Positions 28,495-42,780 are shown, numbered from the stretch's first letter. The stretch: 64,000 nucleotides of DNA from Eledone cirrhosa (GCA_964016885.1 OZ024743.1:5394001-5458000), one strand, 5' to 3'. Notes: generated by a model from the letters alone, not told the origin. Numbers and translations are program-made.

Positions 28495-28672
28495 AGATTT
28501 AGTTGGAGGTCGGACCCCATGCTTTGACGCATAGAGTTACGGCCCTTGCGATTCTGAGTTCAAATCCCTCCGAGGTTAACTTTGCCTTTCATCCTTATGG
28601 GGTCGATAAAATAAAGTACCAGTAATATACTGGGTAATTGCTGGCCTTGTGCCAAAAGTAGAAACAATTAAT
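28495..28672 (+). mobile_element. SINE family 1
   Basis: gagttcaaatcc B box, core and tail. Confidence 0.85.
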
Positions 28673-31249
28673 TACAGGACAGATTAGTGAGCGAACGTTT
28701 GCCTTACAGGAGGATAACCTTTTGTTAATAATGTTCCAGCATCTTCATACGCTTGATTGATACATCGTCTCAGATGAAATTAATACATTTTGTTTTAGTT
28801 CCTTCCTAGAAATCATGTTTTACTGAGATTTATTCACATTTTTTCCACTTAGGTTTCCATATATATATCGAAAATGCGATCAAGCAAGACTGTAATCTTC
28901 ATGGAATCTGTGACATTCGACAGAAAATAGAGTGGCTAAGCCACTTCATTCTATAAATTAATACATTGGCGTCTATTTGCATACATAATAATATTTGACT
29001 TTGAAAGATGACTCCCCCAAAAGCAATTTCTATGGAAAACAGTATATCCAGATTACATCATTGTATAGTAGAAAAATATATAATTTTGTCTCTTTTCGTT
29101 GTTAAATCTTTAATTGTGATTTCATTAGCTCTAGGCTGTATATATGTTAGTCTTTGTTTCTTGGTATCTGTAAGTGAAACATCAATAAATTACGTCGTTG
29201 AAATTGTTGTAATATGTGATATATGTAATTTAAGTTATCGTGATTTAAGTTATCCAAGATTGATATACTAAATTTAACACGCTCAATACATTTTTAAATA
29301 TCTACTACTGGTCATGTAGTGTATAATATTCGGAACTGCATTATTCATATGTAAATGTCTTCGTGCTGTAATGACAATCCTTGCTACTATATCTATCTTC
29401 ACAATAAGAGCTTAGCACCGCTTATGCAGGACATGACATCGTTTTTTACAATTTATTTCTATAAATAAATATTTGAACCCTTTTTGTAGATCCCTGGTTG
29501 TCTAACTCCAGATTTATACTGATATACAAATCATATATTATCCTGGGATTACAATGACTGCATAAATACTCAGTCACGCCAGTCAACATCATTTTGCTTA
29601 TATTCAGCTCAAACCTCTCGTTTTCATAGTTCTATTGTCTATCTTTCTAAATTCAACAGTTGCAAAGTGTTATAAATGTTATTTATTTCTTATTTCATTA
29701 TAAAAACAAAAAATCTATATAAAATTGTTGGCGGCATTTTGCAAAATGTTCGTTGAACACCTGCCTCAATATAACTGAGTTTGATATTGTGAAGTTAGCT
29801 AAATATAGGTTTAGTAGCAGTGGAATTTTATAAATTACAAATCAAGATAAATATCAAGTGATTGATCCGAAAGGAGTGTTATTCTCAAGTTTAAAAGGGT
29901 GATAAATTGTGAGACTTGGTAGAACGATAGACAAAATATTATGTCGTATTTAGTTACGTCACTGGAGTAGACATTATATTTCCTCCTTTCTGGTTAGATA
30001 AAATAAGTACAAATCGAGTACAAGTTTCGAACCTTTTAACCACATAGATATACCTACGCTCTTTGCAACTATGAGGTCCCGGAGTGATTTTACAGCGTGT
30101 CACTTTAGGGAAACTGACTCAATTTTTATGAATGGAACCTGTTCTTAGAGGGTAAGCATAATCCATCATCCGGTTTAACAGCACTACATTGCCCTTGAGT
30201 GCCTCTAAACGAACTACACTCGTGTTTAAGCACCCAAGACACATCTTCCCTCACCAATTTCAGAGGCCACGAAACAATGATCATGGGCGATACCCTTTCT
30301 TCTTTAATTAAATTATATAAATATTAAATTATCTTAATGTATGGCCATGAGTATAATTTCTAAATTATTATGTATGGTAATAACTTCTAAAACCTTCATT
30401 AAAAAATGTCCGTTTATAACGATATTGTGTTCTTCAGCAAACATAAGCGAAGATATGACTACATGAATAACTGAGGATTTAAATGTTTAGATTGTTTAAA
30501 CCTAATACAGGAGAATGTGTTTCTTATTAAACAAATTCATACAAGAACATTATGTATTCATTTTGGAACAGTTCTTTTTAATACAATAATTCAGGAAAAT
30601 ATGATTTACAAAAGGGAATTTAATATTCAGACAACACAATAAAAAATAGCTAAAAAAACATTTAGCAAGCAAAAAATTAGAATTTTGAATTTTGCCGAGC
30701 GAGCAGCCAGTATAAAAACTAGCAAAATTCCAAACAAAAGTAAATAAAAATGGATTGACGGAACTAAAATTAATTCTTTACAAGATAAGCAAGACAGACA
30801 GGATGTGTAGTCAGATAAACGGGAAATTGTAAAAATACAAATGAATCATGAAGTAATATGGAGAGAGAGTGTAAGAGAAAATACAAGACAGAGAAAGACA
30901 CAGCATAAACTAAATAGATACAGACACACATGAAGCACGCATGCAGCATGCACCTAGCTCACATGCATACTCCCACACACATACATACACACACATGGAC
31001 ACACATACACACATACAGACACATATATATGTTTGTGTGTGTGTGTGTGAGTCGGCCTACGTTAGACACTAAGCGATATCCTTATCGCCCAAGTCAGCGA
31101 TTGGGTTCGGTTGCTATGTGGGTGTCTTAGCAACACCATCGTTCTCCCGGAAGCCGGGAAAGTTCTAGAAAAAGTGAACTAAAAATTGCCTGTCTTTTTC
31201 TCTTTGGACAGTTTTACGCGAGTAATGGACGCCCACGTTGTGATGTTTA

Positions 31250-31645
31250 AACAAAGGAAAAGTGCCAAACGTCTGGTTGTAACATGAATATTGTGTTGAA
31301 GTGTGTAGATAGTGCTGGATAACAAGAATGAATGTAGTTTTGAAAGATGTATGTGAACTAAGCCTATATAATATAGATTAAGTTGTTCTTTCAGAGATTC
31401 GACTGGAAGGTGATGGTCAACTTGAGGAGTTCGGAAGTGGCTATAACTTTTTCAGGGGAGGTAAATCAAAAATGAGTGTAGGGGAAGCTGGAGTGGGCTC
31501 TGCCGTCCACCCTCAATAGGCGTAAACAGGTGTAAGAGTTTTCTATCCTTATAAACGACCGATTGATGACTGGACTGTGCTTTTGCACTTGGAAAATAAG
31601 AGATATGCTACAAGTGCTTATGTTCCTACTACTCTGACCAGATTC
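31250..31645 (+). pseudogene. Degraded APE endonuclease of an RTE (BovB-like) LINE
   Basis: ELSLYNID*VVLSEIRLEGDGQLEEFGSGYNF..EAGVGSAV..INDRLMT..SAYVPT. The 5' UTR may extend to about 31050. Confidence 0.7.
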
Positions 31646-31882
31646 GATAAAGACAAAACTATATTCTATGCCCAACTAGACAGAATAGAATAAATATTGA
31701 AATTATTAATTTGACGTTCTGAAGAGTTATTAATGACGTTTCGGATTAATCCCGAAGGGGCGAGGAATGAAAGTAAGTAAACTAAGAAAAATTAAGGAAA
31801 AGGAGCTTAGGCGGATCCCTTACATACGGAGGGCTTCTGACGAATTCTTAAAGAAGAAAACAGAAGTAGTCGGGTGCATTTA

Positions 31883-31930
<48 letters not shown>

Positions 31931-31933
<3 letters not shown>

Positions 31934-32169
31934 GTATAATAAACAATAAAATATAATTACCTCATATAATTACCAGAGGTTTCCCGAATAAGACGAATAC
32001 AAGAAACGTTCTCATTCGTTCGTCAGACAAGGCAATTTTGCAATTTTGCGGGAAACCTCTGGTAATGAGGTAATTATATTGTTTATTATACATTAAATTT
32101 AGCTCTGTAACTTACATAGAGCACTCTTCACTCCTATGACTTTTTCAATTTTCAACGGAAACTTCAATA

Positions 32170-32172
<3 letters not shown>
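31931..32172 (+). mobile_element. Fold-back HHR element (family of 44008-44240)
   Basis: Arms 31931-31986 and 32050-32095. HHR core at 31966-32031 (-): CTGACGA-long stem II-GAAA-CC-TCT-GG-TA. Tail agctctgt..catagagcactctt. Confidence 0.7.
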
Positions 32173-32244
<72 letters not shown>

Positions 32245-32247
<3 letters not shown>

Positions 32248-32437
32248 ATTGTTTCTACTTTAGGCACAAGGCCAGCAATTACCCAGTGCATTACTGGTAC
32301 TTTATTTTATCGACCCCGTAAGGATGAAAGGCAAAGTCAACCTCGGCGGGATTTTGAACTCAGATCGTAAAGGGACGTAACTATGCTGGAAAGCATGGCG
32401 TCCGGCCCTCTACCGATACTGCCAATCCACCGCCCTT
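32245..32437 (-). mobile_element. SINE family 1, full length
   Basis: Head ggcggtggattggcagtatcggtaga, core and tail. Confidence 0.9.
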
Positions 32438-32851
32438 TTATAATTATATTATATATATATAATGTAATTATATTATATATATAATGTAATAAAAGTTGTC
32501 TGTGTGTGGCGGGTCGTACTCAGAAATTAGAGAACGAACACCCATAAAAATATGGTATTGTTCCTGATCCGACCGGACAAGGAATGGTAGTATTTATAAA
32601 ACAGTAATTTATATGAATTTCAATTCTATTTATTTCCCTATTCATAAAAAACGTAATCTGTTCATTTTTTTTTTTTTTAATTGTCTTTCATCATTCTGTA
32701 GAGAAGAACAGAGAGGACGAGGGTGTGGAAGTAAGAGGATGTGAGAAATAGAGGAAGAGAGATAACAAAGAAAAAGGTAATATGTTTCAAAATATGCTGT
32801 TACTTTCATAATATATCTGGGTATTGCCGGGTACCTCTGCTAGTATATATA

Positions 32852-32941
<90 letters not shown>

Positions 32942-33021
32942 TCTCTCTCTCTCTTTCTTTCTTTCTCTCTCTATATCTATCCATCTATCAATCTATCTAT
33001 CTATTTAGCCAGCGATCTCTC

Positions 33022-33075
<54 letters not shown>

Positions 33076-33154
33076 TATATGCGTGTGTATGTGTGTGTGT
33101 GTGAGTGTTCATTTGTATCACATTCGCAACAACGCAGCACGCCATTTTTCATTC

Positions 33155-33185
<31 letters not shown>

Positions 33186-34269
33186 TGCGTGTGTATGTGT
33201 GTGTGTGAGTATGTGTGTGGAGGGGGGGGGGGCGTTGCTGAGCAGATATATGATTGCGAATTCAGATACCAACTTGAAATTATAAGCCAAAATATGCACA
33301 TTCCACCTACACACAGTATATATATATATATATTGGGTGTGTGTTTATGTATGTATATGTTATTTTCTAAGATATTGCAGTTAACAGAAATTATACCGAA
33401 TGACAATCACATGAATATTGATTAATATCAATTCAGCTATTAGACCAAATACTATAAGGAAGCACCCAAAAGAACCTTCTTTCAAAATCTCCCATTTTTA
33501 ATTTCCTTTCCTATTTCTTTCATCCAGCTCTCTGTATATACCCCTGTACCTCTTTGTGTTACTTTCTCATTTAGTCCGTGGTATCACTTCTGACCAGATA
33601 GTCCTACACAAATACCTCCATGACGAATTAATAAATCAATTCAATAGGATTTGTTGCTTCGGTAATGAACAAATGTAGAGAAAAATAACAAATGGAAAAA
33701 AAAATCAAGTTATAATTTATTATACGAATGGTTTCATAAATAAATAAACATAAAAAATCATTCGCTTTGAATATTGAATAAATTGCTTCTTCTTTTTTAA
33801 GAAGTATATATAATCCTTTCCTTTGAATACGAAATTGCTCAATTCGAACGATAGATATTTTGTCAGTAATTTCATCAACTTTGTTATAAATACCAAATGC
33901 AGCATCTCAAATATTCTAGTATATATTCTGAAAAATTACGTAGAGGAAAAAGCAACTAAAAATGATATTTTACTTAGAAGAGTGAGAACTCTCGAAATCG
34001 ATTTAATAGCCTATAAAAATAACACTATTTATATAATTTCTAATATCCGTTCTCATATAAGAAGTCTTTATAAACCTGGATCTGTTGGTGGAAAATGTCT
34101 CTTGGGCTAGATAAAGCTAACAAATTCTGCAAAACTGTGATAATTTGTTTCAGGGAAATCTTTCAGGATAGTGAGATTAACCGCTTACATTTTAAAATAT
34201 ATATTTTGATACTTTTGGGAAAGTTTGTAGCTTTTAGGAAATACTTCGCCATGATCTTAATTATTACTA

Positions 34270-34450
34270 TAGATAGTCGTTGGCCCTAGGGCCACCTCCC
34301 TACTCACCACCATCGGCACAGAGTTGGCTACCCGCAGGTGTGAGCCTCGCGAGCTGGAATGGCTCTTCCAGCGCGTCTCCCTCACTATCCTCCGAGGAAA
34401 CGCCTTCTCTATTCTGTCCGTCGGGGCCGCGGGGCGGCCAGTGCGTGGGC
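34270..34450 (+). pseudogene. C-terminal remnant of a CRE-like RLE non-LTR retrotransposon
   Basis: IVVGPRATSLLTTIGTELATRRCEPRELEWLFQRVSLTILRGNAFSILS matches the QRxSxxxxRGNAxS end of CRE-type ORFs and explains the GC-rich island. Confidence 0.7.
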
Positions 34451-34899
34451 CCACATTTGTTCATAATAGGGAGAGATGGGGAGAGCGGGAGAAACAGAGA
34501 CAGTGGCAGCGGGAGTTAGGTTGCTTTTGTGTTCGGACCTGGTGTATGTGTACATGTTTCACAGACACACAAACATAAATACCACTTCACGAGTTAATTT
34601 CTACTCAACACTTTAATGCCAAATAAAGTGCTACTTGTCCCGTCATTTTCATGATCGTCGATATCGTCATCGTTGTCAACAGCAACACTTATAAATCTCA
34701 TATATTTCAAGGCTTCGTATTTGTATGTAAAACGATAATATATTTTTCAAATTAAATTCGTATACACCATTCAAATTGGCAACATAATCTGATGCGCATT
34801 TACTTTATTTAGTTGTGCAAGAATGTACAACTACTATTGCAACGGATGCACACATTTAACGATGCTTTCTAGTGAATATAAATGTATTTACAAAAAGAA

Positions 34900-35230
34900 G
34901 GGCAATGCAAGAAGTTGTACGTTCTTTGTTTAAATCCTGTCGAGATCAACTTTGCCTTTCAGCCTTCTAGGATCGATAAAATACAGTACAAGTAAAATTT
35001 CGGGGTCTATTTAATTGACTTTCCTCTCCCCACAAAAATTGGCCTCTTACTCTCTTCCTCTCCTCTTTTGATTAACACTTTTGAATGAACGGTGACTTGT
35101 GTTGCTTCTATAAAGGCCATTAATTTGGAGGAAGGCGAAATCGATTAAATCGACTGGTACTTTATTTTATCGACCTCAGAAGGATGAAAAGAAAAGCTGA
35201 GCTCAGCGGGATTTGAACTCAGAACGTACA
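34900..35230. mobile_element. Two older SINE family 1 copies (about 34900-35040 + and 35100-35230 -)
   Basis: Diverged core motifs. Confidence 0.65.
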
Positions 35231-35846
35231 ACTTCTTCTAATGCTCGTCCTTTTGAAGTATAGCAGGAAATAAGATGTGGGCACACATAACTTCATCTTT
35301 GTATCTTATATATTTACATAGCATTTAATAGAAGACAGATTTAAGATGCGGGAAGGTGGCACTTATGAAGTAAGTGTTTGTTGAAAATAGTATGCTCGAT
35401 GTGTTTTCGCACAAGATTGGAACTGAAATGTCAAATAGAAGTCAAACAATAGGTTAACTATCTTGATTGTTATTCAAGTTTCGTTGAAGATAGGCTGCAG
35501 CTTTTTTCTCTTTTTTTTTTTAACATCATCGTTGCCATCGCCGACATCACCATCATCGTCATCATCATTTTCATCGATTTTTTTTTTTTTTTTACTTTAT
35601 TGCTTTGCATCCTCCTTTGTCTTGTTAACTTCTTTCTTTGTTTTCTTCTGTTTGGTTTCTAATTACCGATATTATAGAACTTGATGTTTCCCTGAAATCC
35701 AAGGCTTCCTTGTAGTGTCATGTATAAAGGATCAATCTATCCAAAGAAATATCCTCACATAAACTAGTTCTCAACAGCTGGATGAACTGAATGAATGTAA
35801 AACAAAGTATAGTTAGAAATACAAACTAAATGGTAGTAATTACATG

Positions 35847-36039
35847 CAGACTTGTCAACTCTCCCCGTTCGACGGGGAGATCTCCCATCCACGTTGGGGT
35901 GGTGAGAGATGTCTTCTCTTGGGAAAATTGGTATAGCTTTCATTATGTAAAATCTCCCCATTTTGCCTCATTTCTCCCCGTTTGGGGCACATTTTTTCAT
36001 GGTACTACCCGTTTGGGTTTTTAGAGGTTGGCATGTCTG
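35847..36039. mobile_element. MITE-like element with 14-bp imperfect TIRs
   Basis: cagacttgtcaact / ggttggcatgtctg. Flanks tacatg / taaatg are a possible 6-bp TSD. Internal ctccccg repeats. Confidence 0.6.
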
Positions 36040-38045
36040 TAAATGTATACTCATTAACTATGAGCAGCCAGCGAATACGTAATCCGTTCAATCAGTTAAA
36101 CTTTACAATTGATTGCCCACTTGTTTTCAGTTTAATTCTCACGAAAGCAAATATTAGTAAAAGACTAAGGAAAATAACATTTCTTTTTATTACTGAATAG
36201 AGTTTCGGTTGCTCCCAGTATAGTCTTATCTATTATTTCTATTGAGTCTTCTCTATCCAGTTTAAATAATATATAAATACCTTCTTTGATTAATCTGTAT
36301 TAGCTTAATCGTCACTTAAATGTCAGTAATTCTCTGGTGGTATTTGTGATTGAAAGCAATAAACTCATTAATTATGTTTATATTAAAAAGTATCTAACTA
36401 TGGCTTTTTTCAAGACATGACTGCTTCGTAGTTTACAAACTTTATTGATTATAGATGAAGTTGGTTGTGGATTTGATTGAATAAATTATGTAGAGAGTTG
36501 AATCTAAATGCCGCTGTGCATTCAGTCTGGCTTTTCATTGTGACTGCATGGATTTTATAACAATGCTGATCTCCAGGTAAATGATTTACTTATTCAATTT
36601 ACAGTCCTCATACTGAGTTCGAATTCTGCTGAGTCTGGTTTTACTTTTTCGTCTTCAGTGCTCAATGAAGTTTATTATGTACCAGTAACATATTGTGTCA
36701 ATGCACTCGGCTTTCCAAGTTCAATCTTTTTCTACAAAACTTGGATTTGTACCTTTATAAAGCAAAAATAATAATGACATACCAACTAGATAATATATGT
36801 ATGTACGATTGCGTGACATGCTATAAATAGCAGCCAACTCTCTCCCGTTGTAAGAGCACACATCAGATATAATTCTCTTTACACTGTGACTTGACAAAGA
36901 TGGTAGCAGCAAGAGCGATTTTTTAATGGTTTTAATCAGAGAAAGAAGAGCAACGGCTATGACCTTTTTTTTCTGGTCTTCCTTAACTAATCACGGAAAG
37001 GGAGGAAGTTATCCCCAGGCAGAGTTGATTTATTAAAAAACATCCTGTGGCAAGCTGATGCTGTTAAGCCGAATTATGGATTAATACTATAGGTCTACTC
37101 GATCTAAGTCTAATCAAGAACATCGACATTTCTTTCTTTTTAAGCGAGACCACAAAGTAGTGGTGAAAGAATTGTTTATGTCCCGATGTGAACGCTCCCT
37201 GCATAGCTCCTTCTAAATTCCAAGAAAGAATAAAAGAAAGATAAACTGTCCCAGTACTTGATTAGTACTTAATAGACCCTGACTTTAAGTCAGCCATGGC
37301 AAGATTTGAACTCACTGCGCAGAAAGCTAGAACAAATACCAAAGCGAATATTATCCTACGTTTTAATGAATCCCCGTTTTAACATCAACAAACATTTTAT
37401 TCCTAAAAAAAATGTAATGTTTTCTTAATGATTTACTTAAAACTTTTTGTTAACAAAACGTGTTTTGTTAATCAGTAATATCTTTAGAAATAATTACTCC
37501 CGTATGGTGATTAGTTCTTTAATTCTTTAGTTTGTTCTAACCGCACGTTGGAGTACATACCGCCTTACATGAATATTAACTTCATTTTAACAACAGTTGC
37601 CAAAAATGTGAGTTTGTTTTGGACAGAACACAATGGTATTATATTGTTAGAGAAATGGAAGGTGTAATTTACTTGTCAAAGGAAATAAGATTATTTCAAC
37701 AAGGATACTGTGTCATGGTCTGAACTTCCCGCGAATTTACTTCCAGTTCTATATTCTTAACCACAACAAATTACTAACATAGCTACCTACCACACAAATT
37801 GAAGGAGGGCGCAATCAATTAGATCAAACAACAATAATTTACTGATAATTTATTGACAGCAGAGATAAAATAATCTCCGGTGGGATTTGAACTCAAAACA
37901 TAAAATGACGCAATTAGTCACAAGGTGGTGTTTAATCGACGTTATACCGGTTCTGCCACACCATCAACCTCTGAGCTAGTTGTGACATGATCACAGATTG
38001 AAATACCAATAGCAAGACTTATGTATGTTTATTATCATTATTATT

Positions 38046-38350
38046 GGCGGTGAATTAGCAGTATCGGTAGAGGACTGGACGCCATGCTTTCTAGCATAGT
38101 TACGCCCCTTTACGGTCTGAGTTCAAATCCCGTCGAGGTTAACTTTACCTTTCATCCTTACGGGGTCGATAAAATAAAGTACCATTAATGCACTGGATAA
38201 TTGCTGGCCTTGTGCCAAAAGTAGAAACAATTATTATTATTTTGGATTGGCAGTATCGATATAGGGTCGGACGCCATGCTTTGCAGCAAAGAGTTACGGC
38301 CCTTTATGGTCTGAGTTCAAATCCCGCCGAGGTTAACTTTGCCTTTCATC
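38046..38350 (+). mobile_element. Two tandem SINE family 1 copies (second truncated at 38350)
   Basis: Full copy 38046-38240 with (ATT)n tail; second head at 38243. Confidence 0.85.
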
Positions 38351-40299
38351 CCACCAGAGTCTTACTATATATATATATATGTGTGTGTAGAGAGAGGGGG
38401 GAGAGAATATAATTAGAATTTAGCATCGACCATAGCTATACAGTTATGTATTGGAATTTCCTATTTCTAAACAAATACGGTATGTTTATAAATAAACATT
38501 TAGAAAGCCGTAGCTATGCAAAAACACCAGCAGCTATCACCACTTGGCGGTGTCCAGTAGAAGCAAGGAGGACAATCGTGGATACATTTCGAAGTGAACT
38601 GGTTCTCATCAGGATGATCCTTCCCGCTCTTGCAACTGCTCGACTTTGAAAACAGGTACTTACATGTCCTCCGCCTGTCGCCCGATCATCCTACCAGAGT
38701 CTTACTCTCGTTAGACGCAGCAGCTACAGGCTAGAGGAAGCCCCGCAGCAGGCCAGCGGTAGATGGCACTGGTGAACCATAGGTGGCTTGTTATCGAAAG
38801 GACTAATGCTTTTTATAGTGAGTGAACCAAAAGCAAACACCAAATTCGTCTTGGGGAATCAAGAACTTATCTCTTGCTGTGTGTCACTTGACTATAATAT
38901 CATTGGAATGAGGGATTCATTTATCTGGAATAAAAGCCCTATGTTTTGGGATGGAAGGAAATTGAACCATGTAACGTTCTTGTCCTTCCAAAGGGTATTC
39001 TGACATGAATTGCATTAGTTTAAACTGAAAATCGAAATTGTCTCAACTGGTTTACTTACCGCTTATATACGGAAAAGGGGGAATAAAATTCTCGTCTTAA
39101 ATTAAGAATTAATTCGAATGACCTATCTAAACGGCATAGAGACTATGGGAATGAAACCATTCTAGATAATCTTAAAAGGTCACCATAAAGGTTAGATATA
39201 GAAGGCGAGGGATGCAAAGTGTTAAAATGAATGTCTATTTACAAAACTAAAATACTCATTGGACTACTCCTCGAAAAACGCATCTTATTAGTCCAGAGTA
39301 GAAGTGTTGAAATTGTTAGGTTATAATCAATTATATTTTTAAGGGAAAGAAATCGTTATGGTGTTCATAACTTTTTGAAGGCGATTATCGCTGTAAATGA
39401 AGTGGATATGCCTTCGCCCACTTAAACAGACAACAGAATAAATCACAATGTGATACTAATAGTTATTTTTTTCAAAATGGAATGGATGGCAGAATAAATA
39501 GAGAGTCGAACAAAATAATTGTCTTGAAGTATCTAACTAGATCCCTTTGTGTTTCGAATTAAAATTCCGTGTGTATTAAATTCACCTTTTATTCTTCCAG
39601 GGTAGTAAGGTTGATAAAATAGATAGCAGTTAATTATATCCCTTAAGACATAAGACTTTATACCAATGTTAGAATTAAATATTTTTATGAACTTAAGAAG
39701 AATGAAAGCCCAAGTGATCTCTGTTAATATTTGAACTCAGAAGATATGAAGAAAACAACTAAATAAACAGCGCTATTTCTGCAAACTGATATGGGTTGAT
39801 TCGATTCACTACACTCTCAAAGATAACCGGTCGAAACCAAGGCAGGTGACCTCTTTCATCATATCCCCACTTAACATGAGCATATTACGAATTTATTCTA
39901 TAAATGCACGTGACCTGGAGTTAGTTTAGAAGTAAGGTCACCTGTTTAACGGATGCATTTCATTAGTTTTATACGGTCGTCGAAGTTCTGTTCCCATTGT
40001 GGTAGCTAACTTCCATCCTTCCTGAATCAATATATGTACGAGTTAAGTATCAGAGTTAATTTGTTTTTAGTGTTCTCACTCTCAGATGTGTTGCCTTGTG
40101 CCAATGTGAGAAAACATTATGTTAGATCACACCTGAATGCTTCTTTTCATGTAATGTTTCAAACGTTTTATTAATGGAATGTTCCAATCAAGACATCCAT
40201 CAATATGCCAAAGTAAGAAAATGTCTTGTTTTGTCGTTTAGTCACCTCCGAACGATTCGTTTCACATTGTAAGTGTATCGAGCAGCAAAACAGCCTTAT

Positions 40300-40640
40300 C
40301 AAAGAAACGTTCCAATCAAAACTTTCATTAAAAATAAACATTAATCTGGACAATTTAATCTGGCCCAGAAAAAGAAAAACTTGCACTGTTGTGGAAGTCA
40401 TCTGCCTGGCGGATGTAATCATCTCATCAGAAACAAGCGAAAAAAATATAACAATTACAATCTGTTGCTTCAGAAGCTGAAGGTATCTATAATTATTGAC
40501 ACATCTGGTTAGTTTACCAAACGTTTTGGCAATAACAGTGAAAATTTCCAGATCTCAGACAGAAGTAAAAATAACCACTTAATACGAGCTCTGCAAATTC
40601 AATCTGTAAACGGAAGAATGAAATATGCAGGCTCTTCTAA
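40300..40640 (+). pseudogene. Degraded RLE endonuclease region of an R4/NeSL-like LINE
   Basis: LDNLIWPRKRKTCTVVEVICLADVII..SEK..Y..LL ... HLIRALQIQSVNG resembles the PD..(D/E)xxxPxDxNI..EK..Y pattern. Confidence 0.45.
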
Positions 40641-40989
40641 GATTTATTACCTGACTCTAAAGAGTTATTGTCTAAAAATTGATGGGACCTCATTTCTGAA
40701 GTTTGTTAGCCGCTGCTTCTTGATTGAAGAGATTTTTTAAAAAGAAAGAAAGAAAGAACATGCATAGATAATTATATAGTGTAGCATATCATTGATACAT
40801 TAGTGTAGTAGAGTTCTCACTTCCAGTAGTGAGATTGGAAGCAGCTTTAGTAGTAGAACGGTAAGAAATCATAAACACAAGTACAAATGTACCAAGAAAT
40901 ATGACACGAAAGAGCGGAAATATGGCCGAGTTTGAAGCGTATGTGTGTGTATAGGTAAGTATATTCATTATACACACACAAACACACAC

Positions 40990-41048
<59 letters not shown>

Positions 41049-41050
<2 letters not shown>

Positions 41051-41545
41051 GCCATTGTAACGATTAAGCCGCCTCCCCCCTTCAAAAATGAAGGAGAGGC
41101 GGTGTTTCTGTGCGTAATAGCCATGGAGAAAGAGGTTGTATGGTGGACGCGTCTGAAAGGACTGAGGCCAGGCACCTTTCTCTCTGGCCAACAACTGGTC
41201 CGTTTCTTCCGATATCATTTCGGAAGAAGGATCAGGATGGAGAGAGAGGTGCTCCACCCCAGTCGTTTTTATGAAAGGTTGGTGAAAGTGGCGAGAATGG
41301 CCCGTGTGAATGGGCCTTCTCTCTACGTCAGCCTGTAGGTGGAAAAGATGAAGGAACAAGGGAACACCCTCTCTCTGTGCTCCTGAGAAGGGTTGCACAC
41401 TTTTTGGGGGGAGTGTGTGCGACCCCCCAAAACGCCTCCTCCCTATTGAGGACTTTATTGTTAATTTTATATTTGTTATTTGTTTTCTTTACTCGCCTTT
41501 TTGTGTAAACTCCCCCCTTGTATTTGTCCCCTTCTTTTGCGCCCT
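41049..41545 (+). mobile_element. 5'-truncated relative of the Tx1/L1 LINE at 58480-64000
   Basis: Encodes FKNEGEAVFLCVIAMEKEVVWWTRLKGLR...GPSLYVSL*, clearly homologous to the ORF2 C-terminus. The 3' UTR is similar, with aataaa. Flanked by (TA)n. Confidence 0.92.
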
Positions 41546-41562
41546 CGTGGCAATAAATAGAA

Positions 41563-41660
<98 letters not shown>

Positions 41661-41693
41661 TAAGTGCGTTTAGAATACGACAGCAATTGAAAA

Positions 41694-41898
41694 TTTGAAA
41701 ATTGAATTATAGAAGCCTTCGCCATATTTTGACTACAGAAATAGTGTAGTAACAGTAGATAAGCTCCCATAACTGAAGATGGGCATCAGCATGTGTGGAA
41801 TGCCCATTCTTTCCAATTATTAGCGGCGTGTGTGCCCTGTTATTACTGTTATTTCTGTAGTCAAAATATGGGGAAGGTTTCTAATTCAATTTTCAAAT
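41694..41898. repeat. Imperfect fold-back element with arms of about 62 bp
   Basis: 41694-41755 vs 41837-41898. The spacer holds CTGAAGA-tgggcat...atgccca (half of an HHR). Confidence 0.7.
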
Positions 41899-42295
41899 AT
41901 ATATAATGTGAATATGACCTGGTGCATGTGTGTATATATATATATATAGTATTAAGGATACTATTTATGGTTATGTATATACTAAAACCTTTTATAGTTA
42001 TATATATACAAATAACGAAACGAAATTAAATTTCGTTTCGTTTGTAACTCACTTTTGTATGACTGACGCTTAAACAATTAAGTTAAAAATGTACATCCAC
42101 ATATGTATACTGAAATACTAGTATGCATATGAATACACACACGTGTACATATGTAGATGTACCGAGTTTTTCACTGGACACTTTACTGTGAGTGTTCAGC
42201 TAGTCTGTATGTAAACACACAGACAAACCGGTTTTTAGAGTCATACTGGTTTTCGAGGAAACACCTTTCCTCTATTCTCCAGAAAGCCAGACAGG

Positions 42296-42340
42296 AATAT
42301 TGGACTAGTTTCGATGTTGTTACATCTCATCAGCAATATT
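42296..42340 (-). ncRNA. Type I hammerhead ribozyme (mirror copy)
   Basis: Exact reverse complement of 42736-42780. Confidence 0.88.
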
Positions 42341-42735
42341 TACCTATCCTCCGGCCTTTCTAGAGAATCGTAAAAGCACATATCGTTATATGCTTTTTCT
42401 ATGAAAATTAGTAGTGGGCAGACTAATTTGCATAGAGCGTGAGTACGTACCGGTTTAGCGGAGACGATAAAAACAAATAACGAAACGAAATTAAATTTCA
42501 GTATACATATGTGGATGTACATTTTTAACTTAATTGTTTAAGCGTCAGTCATACAAAAGTGAGTTACAAACGAAACGAAATTTAATTTCGTTTCGTTATT
42601 TGTTTTTATCGTCTCCGCTGAACCGGTACGTACTCACGCTCTATGCAAATTAGTCTGCCCACTACTAATTTTCATAGAAAAAGCATATAACGATATGTGC
42701 TTTTACGATTCTCTAGAAAGGCCGGAGGATAGGTA

Positions 42736-42780
42736 AATATTGCTGATGAGATGTAACAACATCGAAACTAGTCCAATATT
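42736..42780 (+). ncRNA. Type I hammerhead ribozyme; predicted cleavage after C42773 (GUC)
   Basis: aatattg-CTGATGA-gatgt-aaca-acatc-GAAA-CTAG-TC-caatatt: intact core, 7-bp stem I, palindromic stem III. Confidence 0.9.

Noticed and set aside
31050-31180. HDV-like ribozyme at the RTE 5' end
   Set aside because: Hairpins are present, but I could not assign the nested double pseudoknot by eye.
31830-31870. HHR-like CTGACGA-ttct/agaa-GAAA, and GAAACGTC on the minus strand near 31735
   Set aside because: Each lacks a valid stem I/III or the other half of the core.
33823-34110. 95-aa AT-rich ORF
   Set aside because: No recognisable motif; length is compatible with chance.
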